NCBI GenBank assembly: GCA_010356995.1
Contig: ML996710.1
Location: 258,936-292,403, forward strand
Direction: 5' to 3'
DNA length: 33,468 nucleotides
Source: Trichodelitschia bisporula
Taxonomy: Eukaryota
A model generated the notes under the pieces. That model did no database searches. It had not been told where the DNA came from and worked only from the letters and a program-made list of their open reading frames with translations. Position numbers and translations under genes: made by a program. Numbering within the stretch: the first letter of the stretch is position 1; the number at the start of each line of letters is the position of its first letter. Positions 11,458 through 23,374 of this stretch are shown here, one piece after another.

Positions 11458-11763
11458 CTGACCCTGCACCCCGCTGACTAAGCAAGGCTGCACCCGCGCC
11501 CGCACCGCACACCAAATCCGCACGTGGGAAAATGGTTGGGCAGCGCAAGGCTCCGTCACGTGTATCCTTCCCCCACTTGCTAACTCTCATGACATGGACA
11601 TTTGCCTCACGCACCGCATTATCTCCGTTAATATGTTCTCCTTCGCCTTCGTCCTTCGTCCTTCGTGCTGCGTCCCCTCTTCTCCCCACCAGCCAGCACA
11701 CGCACCATAGTCCCTTGGCTAGAACCGATTGATGTCCCCGTATAAGTCACCTCCACACCCACG

Positions 11764-13024
11764 ATGCCGCGCCTCTCGCACCACCTCGCCTGGCTAGCCC
11801 TCGTCGTGCGCACGCCCGCCCCCCCTCCCCCCCCACCTCCCTTTAACTAACCCACAGATTCCCCCCGCTGCCTCCGCAAATCCCGCCTGGATCACTTCCC
11901 TCGCCTCGCTGGGCGACTCCTACGCCGCCGGCCTCGGCGTCGGAACGAGGACCCACTACTCTTGCTCCCGCTACACAGGCGCCTACCCTTACCTGCTCGC
12001 CGCGCGCCTCGCCTCCGCCGGCACCGCAAACCTCACCCAAACCCACCACGCCTGCTCCGGCCTCACAAGCGTCCAAATCCACGCTCAACAAGTGCCCCAC
12101 CTCCCATCCAGCCTCGACATCATCCTGCTCTCCGCCGGCGGAAACGACGCCGCCCTAGGCCCGGTGCTGGACGCGTGTATCTTCCAGTGGCGCCACGGAG
12201 GGACCGCGGAGTGCGAAGCCGCGCTAAATAATTCGGCTGCACACATCGCCGCCGATCTCCCCGGCAACATGGATGCGCTCCTCACCGCCCTGCTCCCAAA
12301 ACTCAGCGAAAGGGGGCGGATTTTCCTTCCCGGCTATGCGGCGTTTTTTGGCGAGGGGCCGGAGTGCGACGATGTTAGCTGGTGCGTCTGGCCCCGGATC
12401 CCTGCCTCGCAGAGGCAGAATCTCACGCGAGCCCGGCGGGTGCGCATGAATGCCCTTGTCCATCTGGTCAACGTGGAGCTAGCGGCCGCCGCCGCGCGCG
12501 CGGGCCCCCGCGTCCGCTTCGTGCCCTGGGGTTGGGCGGTGGGTGACGTGGCAGGGCGGTTTTGCTCCTCGGGCGTGGTGGAGCCAGCGCCCGAGCGCGC
12601 GGAGACGCTGTTTTGGGAGTGGGATACGGCGGGGGATGGGGATGAGTGGCGGGTGGAGCGGCCGGGGGATCCGGTTCCTAAAGATTCATTTGAGGGGCAA
12701 CTTGGGGGGTGGGTTGCGGAGGGGGCGGGGGTGGCGGTGGCGCGGGGGGAGGGGGAGGGGAAGGGGGACCGGGGGTTGAGGTTTGGGCCGGTGGGGGGGC
12801 GGGAGGTCTGGCTTACGGCTGAGGTGCTGGGGGTTATGGAGGGGAATAGGGTGGGGGTGAGGATGGGGTTGGATGATTTTGTGTTTTGGTTTTTGCCGGA
12901 TAGTTGGAAGAGGGTGTTTCATCCGAGGGCGTTGGCGCAGAGGCTGATTGCTGAGATGGTGTGGAAGGAGATGGAGGGGGCTTGGGGAGAGGGGGGAGTG
13001 GCGGCGCCAAAGGTTGAGCTTTGA
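11764..13024 (+). CDS. Secreted SGNH/GDSL hydrolase (SEST-like lipase/esterase), ~402 aa
   Basis: Exons 11764-11805 and 11858-13024 (GTGCGC..CTAAC..CAG); block I LGDSYAAG, block II ACSG, block III SAGGND, block V RVFHP; hydrophobic N-terminus. Confidence 0.9.
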
Positions 13025-14467
13025 GGGGGGAGGGGGGATGAGGTGGGTTAATGGGGTATTGGAGGTCTGCGGGGCTAAGGCTGAGGTTGGGCACGAAATA
13101 CTCCTAGGCTTAGGCAGTACCAGGTGTTGGCGCTCCGCGATACAGCTGGATGTCTGGAGGTGAACGGTTAGACGGGTTCACGAGCGGCGCTCGGCTGGTC
13201 GAGGTGCTGTTAGGCTATGGATCGCGAAAGGTGCCTCGCCTGATATTCGAGACGGCGGTCGGCGAAGCGTCATCCGCGTAACGGGGGGAGGAAGGCGGAG
13301 ATGTACTACTAGTATCAAGGAAAGATTCCGCTCTCTGGAGCATTGAGATGCCAATCGCGGTGACGAACGCACCGAACGGCAGGTGCAGGTGAAAGAGAAG
13401 GTGACGGCAGGTACTTTACCGTTGAGATGGCGTCCCTTTTGCCAGCTTTATAACGCGGTTAGATATGTTGTGTAAGGATGGTATAGGTGTCCGTATGATG
13501 GGGAGTTAATTGAAGGACTCTGGATGAGTGGCTTGTGCTGACCGCGCGAGTTGACGACGTTGGAAGAGGAGCTGGTCGGCGAGCAGCTACTCGGGCCGAG
13601 GGGGATTAGAAGCACAGGCTTGATACGGACAATAGCTACGGTGCGAAGTGAACGGTTAATATAAAGACGAAGGAGCCGAGAGAGTCCGAGACGCCCGAGA
13701 CGCAAGTACATGATGTGGTAAACGTCGTCTGCTGCTCCTTCCTCCCGTCGTGAGCACATTACCACATCCCTTCCAAAGTATCATGTTCCTTTCCCAGGGT
13801 ATCACGCTTGCCTTGTGGCCTGTTTGCATTGCTGCCTGCTTGGCTGGGATGTGTCTATGCGCACCAGGGGAATGGTTGCGAGTGTTGTGTATTAGCGAGA
13901 TATGGGCGGGAACACCGAATGCGTAGACGACATGGGGAGTTGATGGCGATGCACGAGACTAATGGATGGGGAGGAATCTGGAGGTGCTGGCTGCGATGAC
14001 AGCACCATTTCGCCGAGCTGGGCATCGTGAAGTGTTTTGGTGGGTGATGACGGAGAGGAAGATACCAGGGCAAGACGGAGGAGGGCTGACGCGCGGAGAC
14101 ACGAGATGAGGATGCGATGGCAAAGGTGCGGGGACGAAGAGTTGAGGTCGGAGGAGAGTAGTGTCCGCTATCATGCGTTTGTGCACCGTTGCCAAGCATC
14201 TACGTCACGCGTCGCTGACGCGAGGGAGAGCGAACGGGACACAACAAGGCGAGATATCTTCCTCCGTTCGCGTCTTGCAGCAAGTTCGCCAAGACTCCGC
14301 GACCCATTCACTTCTGCACGCCCACTGGCCTCGCACTTCCTCGAACGAGAACACGCTCTTCGCCACAGGACACGACGCGTCCGTTCGCCATCGGCGTGAG
14401 CCGTGATATACGCGCTCTTGCAACACGAGCTGATGCATTCGGAGATACTCGGAACGAATAGGTGCAA

Positions 14468-14643
14468 CTGTTGGAAAGCGGTGGCTGTTTTCAGCCTTAC
14501 CCAGGTTCAGCCACAGGGCTCGAGTATAAGTAGACTCGGGATCCCCAGCTCTTTGACAATCAAGCAACTTGTTCATGGACAGACGTTCGGTCTAACTTGT
14601 GATGCTGTGATGTCTCCATCAGTCTCACACCTCCTTTTAACAG
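14468..14643 (+). repeat. Dispersed 176-bp repeat, copy A (direct copy at 31600-31775)
   Basis: Ungapped alignment with 31600-31775, ~20 mismatches in 176 nt by hand count. Confidence 0.92.
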
Positions 14644-15240
14644 CAACTAGCCGGGTCGGCAAGGAGCCGCATCTCGTCCGCGGAGCGGGAAGTTGGCACT
14701 CCGCCGCAGACGTCGGACCGGAGGAGTGGGCGAGGTTTCATTGCAGAAAACGCGCATGTCGAGGAGAGGCCGGGTTGGAAGTGAAGCTCGCCCGACGAAG
14801 CCGTAGAGACTGCGCCCCGAGTTCCCCCGCCTAGATGATAGAACAGCCACACCATGACGTCACGTCGCTGTTACGTCGCCTACAGCTGTAGCGGGGAGGG
14901 GCATAAGCCTGCGGTGTGCGCCTTCTATGAGCCCGACAGGCAGGCGTCGCTGTGATGGGCTCTTTTTCACTAGCAGAGGGACGCTCTTTCCTCTCACTCC
15001 CCCGGTTTCGGAGCATGGTCAGGAAGGAACCGTTTGGCCAGGCCTGCAGGAGAACCGAGGACCACCGATACCGGCGGGCGCCGTTATGGAAGAACAGCGG
15101 ATGGCCTAGACCCATAGTAGGCAGACATCTCAGGCTGCACAAGGAAGCATCACACCAAAGCACGGCACACAGACTCAACAAACTCCATCAAACATTCCCA
15201 ACCTATTCTAAGCCACACCTCCGCCCCTCCCCCGCCCCAA

Positions 15241-15977
15241 TCACTTCTTCTGAAAAGCCTCCAGCCCCAACGTCTTCTGCACGGCGGGCCTTTCCAGCAT
15301 CGCCAAATGCCACTTCGCAAACGCCGGCACCTCCGTCTTCCAATCCCACGTCCCCTCGGGGAACATCATATCGATGACCGTGTTCCACGTCAACCACGCC
15401 AGGTCCACATATGTAATCTTGTCCCCCACCAGATAGCGCACTTCATCGCGCCCGCCCTTCTTGGTCAGATGCGCATCGATCACGCCAATTACGCGCTTGG
15501 CCTCGTTTTCGTAGCGCGTGATCGCAGAGGTGAGGTTTTTCTATCCCGTTAGATAGGAGGTAGGCGGGGGGGGGGGGGGGGGCGACGGGGGAGACAAACC
15601 TCCTCGTGGAAAAACTTGAACCAGAAGAGTTGCCCCCAATACGGTCCCTGGCCACTCATCTGGAAATGTAACCAGCTCTTCAGCAACCACTTCTCCGGGC
15701 TCGTAGTATACGTCAACCGTCCCTCCGTGTCGTACGTCTCAACGAGATACTCGCAAATCGCGCCCGACTCGAACATTTTGACCCCGGTGTTTGGGTCTTC
15801 GATTGCGGGGAGACGACCGTTTGGGTTGATGCTGATGTACGGCTCGAACTTGAGTTCTTTCTCGTAGTCGATGCTCTTGATCACGTAGGGCAGACCGAGT
15901 TCTTCGAGGAGGACGGCGACTTTGATGGGGTTGCGGGTTGGGCCGTGGCCGTAGAGGGTGATGGGTTGGAGGGTCAT
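15241..15977 (-). CDS. Glutathione S-transferase, Ure2p-like class, ~225 aa
   Basis: Exons 15977-15600 and 15540-15241 (GTTTGT..CTAAC..TAG); NPIKV, INPNGRLPAI, FESGAI, WLHFQMSGQGPYWGQ, YLVGDKITYVDL; TATAAA at 16096-16091. Confidence 0.95.
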
Positions 15978-16682
15978 TGCGGGGGAAGGGCGTGCGAAAA
16001 GGTGGTTGAGTGTGTGTTGTTGAAGCGGAGTTGAAGTTGAGTTGATGCTGAACCTGATGATATTCTGATACTCCTTCGCGGGCGAGCCTCTTTATAATCC
16101 TCCCCCATCCCTTCCCTCGGCCGGCCACTCCGTCTACCGTACGGTAAGGCTGCGAGCTCACCACACAGCCAAGCCCCGTGCCTAACCCACTGCGTACCTG
16201 ATTTTGTAAGCACGTTCCCCAACTTACTCCCCATCAGCGAGGCTGCAGCGCCGGCACGCAAACCCAGCCTTGTGCCCCGCCATGGGGCGCCTGACTTTGT
16301 CAGCTCATTCCAGAAAGCCATTGCTCATATCGGTATATAGAGTCAACGTTGAGCCGGGCAGCAACTTTATTCCAGCCAAACGCTCGGAGGGGGCTAGGTT
16401 CCGAGCCGTGGATTTCTAATCAGCGGCTGGAGGATTCTCCGCTCCCTTTGTCATCCGCGCAACAACAACCATCCGGGTTACAGATGCGGCGACGGGTGCA
16501 GCGAGCGATCTGGGCACGTGGTTTTTGGCGTAGTGATGATTCCTGGCCGACAACGGTGATGTGGCTTGGAAGGAGCATTCATATGTCAGGAAGGCGCAGA
16601 CTTCGGGGGGTATGATGTAATGCGCGCATGATAGAAGGAAGGAGCAATGGAGGATACTTGGCATCGTGGACTTGAACCTCAA

Positions 16683-16753
16683 TCCTCTCTTCCTCTCTTC
16701 CTCTCTTCCTCTCTTCCTCTCTTCCTCTCTTCCTCTCTTCCGCTCTTCCTCTC
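16683..16753 (+). repeat. Microsatellite (TCCTCTCT) x ~9
   Basis: Seven perfect 8-bp units plus two variant units. Confidence 0.92.
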
Positions 16754-16811
16754 CCCGCCTTCTACTTCAATCTCCTGTTTACGCAGTTGCCGCTGCCTGT
16801 GTACGAGCTTT

Positions 16812-17995
16812 ACTCCCATCAAACGGTATCGCAAAGACTCCCGACACGCGGCATTTCGGCACGAACATATTGAGTAGAGGTGAGTTTGCTTCAGGCAGAA
16901 GCCCTCTGGCATCACGACGATCGTGTGGATAGCTTCAGATTCTTCCTAGCTTATCCCCAAATCCACTCACATTTCTCCCAAGTTGGCTGTATCAAGGCTT
17001 TCCGACAACATCGACAATGCCATCCCTTACAATCTGCCACTCCCACTCAACGACGCCTTCGCAAACGGCAGAAAAACACTTCTCCACCACCTCCTCACTC
17101 TGCCCCGACTCCCATCAAGCGACATCGCGAAGAGTCCCGGCACACGGCATTTCGGCACGAACATATTGAGTAAGAGGTGAGTTGCTTCAGGCAGAAACCC
17201 CTCTGGCATCACGACGATCGTGTGGATAGCTTCACATTCTTCCTAGCTTATCCCCAAATCCACTCACATTTCTCCCAAGTTGGCTGTATCAAGGCTTTCC
17301 GACAACATCGACAATGCCATCCCTTACAATCTACCACTTCCACTCAACGATGCCTTCGCAAACGGCAGAAAAACACTTCTCCACCACCTCCTCACTCCGC
17401 CCCGACTCCCATCAAGCGACATCGCGAAGAGTCCCGGCACACGGCATTTCGGCACGAACATATTGAGTAAGAGGTGAGTTGCTTCAGGCAGAAACCCCTC
17501 TGGCATCACGACGATCGTGTGGATAGCTTCACATTCTTCCTAGCTTATCCCCAAATCCACTCACATTTCTCCCAAGTTGGCTGTATCAAGGCTTTCCGAC
17601 AACATCGACAATGCCATCCCTTACAATCTACCACTTCCACTCAACGATGCCTTCGCAAACGGCAGAAAAACACTTCTCCACCACCTCCTCACTCCGCCCC
17701 GACTCCCATCAAACGGCATCGCGAAGAGTCCCGGCACACGGCATTTCGTCACGAAAACTCGTTAAGTGGTCGTCAGCTGCCCGAGGCAAAAATCCTTTGG
17801 CATCACGACGATCGCGCGGATAGCGTCCGGCACTTCATATATTCATCCCGAATCCACACCCATTTCTCCCACGTTAACCTCATTCAGGCTTCCATCAACA
17901 CTCCCCAATGCCATTTGTACCCTACCCTTTCAAACTCGCCCTTACAAACGGCCGAAAATACTTCTCCACCACCTCCTCACTCCGCCACCCACTCC
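16812..17995. repeat. Tandem array of a ~297-bp unit (three near-identical units plus a diverged fourth overlapping the GH5 stop)
   Basis: Anchor ACTCCCATCAA at 16812, 17108, 17405 and 17702; repeated ORFs at 297-nt spacing (16880/17177/17474); CTTCTCCACCACCTCCTCACTC recurs inside the GH5 CDS at ~17961-17982. Confidence 0.95.
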
Positions 17996-19197
17996 AATCT
18001 TTCTTTAACAACCCCCACGCCTCATCAAACTCCTGCTTCCCGCTGCGGATATAATAACTCCCCGACAACACCCACACCATCCACCCAGCCTTGTTCTGCA
18101 CCAGATAGTCCCTCAAACACGTCGCATACACACTTCCCGCCGTCTTCATGTCCTGCGCAAACCCGAACTCACTCATCACGACCGGCAAAACATTCGCTAC
18201 CCCCTTATCACTCTCGTTCAACGCGTTCCATCCGTGGTTGTACAAGCCCCCGCGTATGTTCCCGCAGTTTTTTTCGTTGTTTTGGTAGTTGTGCAGTTCG
18301 AGCGCGATTTTGTTGGGCAGGAAATCGCTCTTTTTGAGCACCTTTGTGTCGCGTACGACGGCCGTGAGATCCGTGTCGAATCCGAATCCGGAGAGAAACA
18401 CGATGAGGCTCGGATTCGCGGCATGCACCTCGCCCGCCGCGGCGCGCATATGCGTGTACCAGTCGCCCCATTTATAACTCCGCTCCTTGAGCTGCGGGTT
18501 ATTATCCGGTGCGCGCAACTCGTTCCGCAGGCCCACACTCCCCAGCGCCGTCCAGCTCCGCGTCTAGGCGATCAGCCTTTCCCCATCAACCCTAGGGGTA
18601 AGCAAGGCGGGCCGCCTGGGGGGGACTCACATAATTCGCCATAAAGCTCCACCCTCGTTTCCACTTCGCAGCATCGAAATCCGTGTCCCCGAACCAGGAA
18701 TTCCCGTCTTTGGTGCTGCAGCACCACGTCGCGCGGGAGATGTGATTGTCCAAATGCACTACTACACCCGCTTTGCCCAACTCCCGTGCCACGAGGTCGA
18801 ACACCTCCAGCCGTCCCGCCTGTTCCCTTAACCCCGCATTCCTCTTTCGTATCTCCCCCCAAACCCTCGTCCCGTTTTCCCGTCCCAAGGCTTTTATCAA
18901 TCCTTCCTTAGCCGGAACGTCGGACCCCCGCGCCACGTGCTCGTCCACCATTTGCGTGGCGTAGGTGAGGCGCACGACGTTCATGCCCAGCGAGGTGATG
19001 TGCCCTGCGATGGAGGCGGCGGATTGGTGCGCTAGGCCCTCTGGGAGCATGGCTTCTTGGTGGCCGGGCCAGTTTGTCCCGGCGTATGTGACGCGTTTGC
19101 CGGCGGCGTCGTGGATCCAGCGGCCGGAGGTTGTGAGGGGGAGGGGGGGGAGGGCGGCGGAGGCGAGCGCCGCGAGGAGGAGGAGGTGCAGGCGCAT
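17922..19197 (-). CDS. Secreted glycoside hydrolase family 5 (subfamily 16-like, putative endo-beta-1,6-galactanase), ~402 aa
   Basis: Signal peptide MRLHLLLLAALASA; exons 19197-18631 and 18563-17922; YAGTNWPG, GMNVVRLTYA, HLDNHISRATWCCS, acid/base GLRNELR, ELHNY, nucleophile VMSEFG, WVLSGSYYIR. Confidence 0.92.
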
Positions 19198-19453
19198 GGT
19201 CGCGGTGGTGTAATGGGAGAGAAAGGTGTTGTGTGTGGGATGTCGTGAGCTTGAGGTGATCATGTTCCTGGTGGTTAGGGCCTAGCTAGATCGCTAAGCG
19301 GGAGAAATTATATTGGGTCGTATATATGGCGCACATCCGCATTGGACACGCTCCGGCGGAGCCGCGTCTTGCACCAATGTCACAGGTAGATCTCACAAGT
19401 CGAAATCTTCTCGAAATCTATGCTAATGTACATCTCCGTGCCCCCCTAACGCC

Positions 19454-21093
19454 TTAAAGCGTCTCCGCCCTCCCCAACACCCACATCAAATGCCTCCAAC
19501 TTAACGCCGGATTCATCCCCGGCCCCATATGCCCAGTAGCATACCCCTGACTCCACATAAGTCCCCTCTCCTGATGCTGCACCCCAAGTTCCTTCCCGCC
19601 CTCCCCTAGTATCCTCGCCCTCGGCCTCTCCTGGAAGCCCAGCGCTCCACCCCACGTCATATTCTGCAACGCCAACAACGTCCCATTACTCATAATAATC
19701 ATATCATAATCTCCATTCGCCACCAAAACCCTCCTCGTCCCATCCACCACCCGCGGCAACGCCCCAGCAATAGGATCGGGACTCAAATCCCCTTCCCGTT
19801 GGGGTCCGCCGAAACCGCTGAACACGCGGCGCGTGGAGCAGAGGGACCATTTTGTGTTGGGAGGGGCGTGGAGCGCGCGTTTCACATCTGCCCGCGCGAA
19901 ATATGCGCCTTGGCCTTTCATCGTGCTGCGCGGCGTGGGGCAGCGCTCGCTCACGTCGTACACGTTGAAGCAGGAATTCGCCTGCCGCGCCACGCGCTGC
20001 GCGCGGGAGAAGACGTCGCAGCGCATGTTACGTGCGGCCGGGGGTTGCGGGCCGGGCGGCGGGAAGGACAGGTAGCGGTCCATGTACTTGTCGTACCCGC
20101 ACGTCTGGTGTAGTTTATCAACGTCCTCTAGCGCGCTTGGGGAGAGGCGCATAGGTCCTACGTTGGCGCGGAGGAACGGCGCGGCGGGGATTTGCTCCTG
20201 CGTTATGTCGAAGGCGCCGATTGTCGGGTCGTAGATTAGCGCGCCGGCTAATGGGAGACCCGCTGCGAGGAAGGCGGAGCCGATGTAGGGGACGTAGCGG
20301 CCGGCGTAAGATTCGCCTGTGAGATAGATTTTGTACGTTGTGGTGGAGGGGAAGGTGCGCGTGAAGGTGCGGAAGAAGGAGAGGAAGTCGGCTGCTATGT
20401 CGTCTTGCGACTTTGCGCGGGGGGTGCCGGTGGAATAACCGGTACCGACGGGTTGTTCGACCCTGGAGGGGGGTTAGATTATTGGGGTTGGATTTAGGGG
20501 GGGGGGGGATATGGCGGGGAAGGATATGGGGTAACTAAGTACCAAAGCATGTTCGTGGCGTTGGTCCAGCTGTACTCGTTTATGCGCGAGGCTGTCGCGC
20601 CGTCGGGCCAGACGAAGCGGCCGTTTTCGTGGAAGAAGCCTTCGAGGGAGGAGCAGCCCGGCCCGCCGTTGAGCCAGATTGTGATTTCATCCACTGGCTC
20701 GCCGACGCGCGGCTGAAACACAAAAAAAAGTGTCCTGGACGGATCGGAGGCGCTGATGGGGAGGTTGCCGCTGTAGAGTTCCCCAACCGGGAAGGGGATG
20801 TCAGGGAGGCTGGTGACGCGGAAGGCTGCATCATGTCAAGCTCGTTAGCATGGATCTCGGGGCAATATGGAGGGAAGGTGGGGAGGGGGTGACGAACGCG
20901 CTGTCAACTCGCTGTAGAACCGGAAGTTGGCTGTGTCCTCGACCGGCGCGGGCGCGAGGCCCAGGCGCGAATCCATTCCCGGGCCTGAGGCGAAGAGCCG
21001 CGCGGCGTCGCTGAGCAGGCCGGATGTCTCCATTGGGCCGGCGGAAGCGCCTGCGAGGAGGCCCAGCAGGGCGGCGGTGGCGCGGAGAAACAT
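19454..21093 (-). CDS. Secreted serine carboxypeptidase (family S10), ~495 aa
   Basis: Exons 21093-20898, 20825-20543, 20462-19454; IWLNGGPGCSS, NMLWVEQPVGTGYS, YLTGESYAGRYVPYI, NGDYDMII, TGHMGP. Confidence 0.94.
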
Positions 21094-23374
21094 GGTCGGT
21101 CGGGGGAAAGAGAGCGTAGACGGTCGCGAGGTGATGTCGTAGACGGAGACATGTTTTGTGGGGCTGTAAGTGTTATAGGTCCAGGAACTGCCGATGTGAG
21201 ATTGATTGCGTCTGGGGCAAATGGCCGGCGGTGTTCTGGAAGCTAGGACTTGGGGGTGAGATTGCGAGTTTGGGCGGAATAGGGCTTTAGTAGGGGGGGG
21301 ATATATGGCACGGAACGCAGGGTGATCGGGACGCGCTGTGTATCCGATAAGCTTAAGCGATGCTTTGCTGTACGGTACCTATGGGAAGTGATTCCTCGGC
21401 ATTTTGCTTAAGATCTGGACTGCCGTAGAGTGTGGATGGATCTTCCGCTCCGGACAACTCTTCATTGATGTTGACTTGAAGTCGAATGGGACAGCCACTC
21501 CCACAATGGGCCTGAGAGGCCGGAATATCCTCCAAATACCTGACACTGACGTGTAGAATGGCTATGTGCATTGAAGCGTACATCTCTCAAAGATATACGT
21601 ACCTAGAGCGGTAATGCCATCTGCCGGGGAAGTCTCCTAGCTAGATTAATGGCGTCTGCCCTAACGAGATAGGCTCAGATCTGGCACGCAAGAACTGCCT
21701 ATCCATTGTGCACCGCAGGTAACTGTCGCTTAAAGTACCGGACGGCAATCAAAAAGCGGAGTGATAGGGCGGAGAAACTCCGCATCAGACGGATGTGACT
21801 CTCAGCGGCCTCACGATTCGTGACTGCTAGGAATTGGAAACTGCTTGTTCGCCGCACTCGCAGATTTCTGTTGCGTCTTCATGCATTATGGAGTGGAGAG
21901 TGGTCAAGTATGCGAGCGGTGTTAATGGGAAGTTGGGTTTGATGCGTCTCAAAGTAACCATGAACGGAGGATAGTCTAGGGAAGCCGCTCTCCCGCATCC
22001 TGTACCAAGAATCCACGAATCAGAACATGCGAAGCACGAAAAGAGTGCCATTCGGTAACCGGCCGTTTCCAAGAAATTCCCCGAGCCGTATACGGGCGGC
22101 CCTGCATCCGAGCGGCTAAGCCCCTGGCGCTCACCAAGCGAGCTGCATCTGATTCGGACCGACGGCATGGCGCAGCTCTGGGATTTTAGCAGTCTCGGCC
22201 CGGCGAGCGGGACAAGGCGGATATGTCTGAAGCGTTAGCCTCTGCCTAGGAGTGGTGAGTGGCCGACCACGCGTTCGGAGAAGAGGAAACTGTCAAGGTG
22301 CTTTGTGCTAAAAGGCACTCGTTCCAGAACAGTAGCAAGATGTTGTAAAACGAGCGTCTGTCGAACAAGCACTTCATCTAATGTTGTTCGGCCCGGAGAA
22401 CCGGAGGATCAAGTCGTTCGTGAGCGCCCGGGAGAAATCTGTCAGCTCCCTGTCCAAGGAAACGCGCCGGTTGGCATCCACGCCGACCGAAAGCCATGGT
22501 GGCTGCAAAATGAGGGCCGAAGGATACCGACGGCCCGTCCATTCCTCGCCACGCGCAAAATGCGGTCCGCACCGTCCCCCGGAGTCTGAGGGAAGGGCAG
22601 TTCCGGGTGGCCATCCGGCCACTCATCCCTCTCACGGACCGTCTGCGAGTCCTCAGTAAGCCAGCAAGCAAAAACGAAAGAGCACGTAAGTGCATCTCCA
22701 CATGTCAATCCCCATCTCAACAGATGGTCCACGCAGTTAGCTTAGCAATCGGCTCACCACCTCCACACACCGAAGGGAGACTCACCCAAAACAAGCACCA
22801 TCAACCCGCCGGCACCTGACGCGCATCGAAAGCGAGAACGAAAACCCGGGGATCCTCCCAGATCTACAGCCAATAGAGCATTGGCGGCAATTTGGACGGC
22901 GATGCGATATATTACCCTCGAACCCGATACGTCTTGGCAGCGGGCGCCGCATCTCGCTCACGCCCCGTCAGGACCTCACGCGCATCGGCCGGCACACTGA
23001 ATTCGGTCAGGAGATTAGCCAGAACTACAAATCGGGGATTCGATGCGTTCACGAGCAAATTTCGCACACCCGCGTCATGAAGAAGCGGAAAAATCCCCGA
23101 CGGAAGGAAGCGCAGTTTTGCGGGCGCTCAGCCTCGCGCGCCGATCCACCCGCCCTGACACCACGATCGCGCTGCCGTGCGGAGTATATTACCCCAATCT
23201 GAGCCGTGCATAATTTCCGCCCGCGCGGCGCGCCGTCAAGCTTTCGCGCCAGCTCGCACCCGTTCGTTTAGCTTAGCAGGTGGCGCGGTCGCCTGTGGGT
23301 CATAAATCATATAAGGCTGGGCTGCGGAGGGCGGGGAGTGGAAACCTACGACTCTACCTACCACGCTCCTTACC

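Noticed and set aside
13466..13766. TG..CA-bounded LTR-like 300-bp segment with an internal TGTGGTAA/TTACCACA inverted pair
   Set aside because: No TSD (AGATA versus TCCCT), ambiguous left end and no second copy in the window.
16165..16315. Imperfect ~90-nt-period duplication in the GST promoter (CCTGATTTTGTAAGC / CCTGACTTTGTCAGC)
   Set aside because: Short and diverged; real similarity but no interpretable function.
16880..17770. Repeated 97-, 65- and 61-aa ORFs as a small-protein family or CRISPR-like array
   Set aside because: By-products of the 297-bp unit, which derives from the GH5 3' end; there are no unique spacers or cas genes and the DNA is eukaryotic.
21300..23100. Short ORFs between the carboxypeptidase and cutinase genes
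   Set aside because: No recognisable motifs or consistent exon structure; possibly relics but unsupported.
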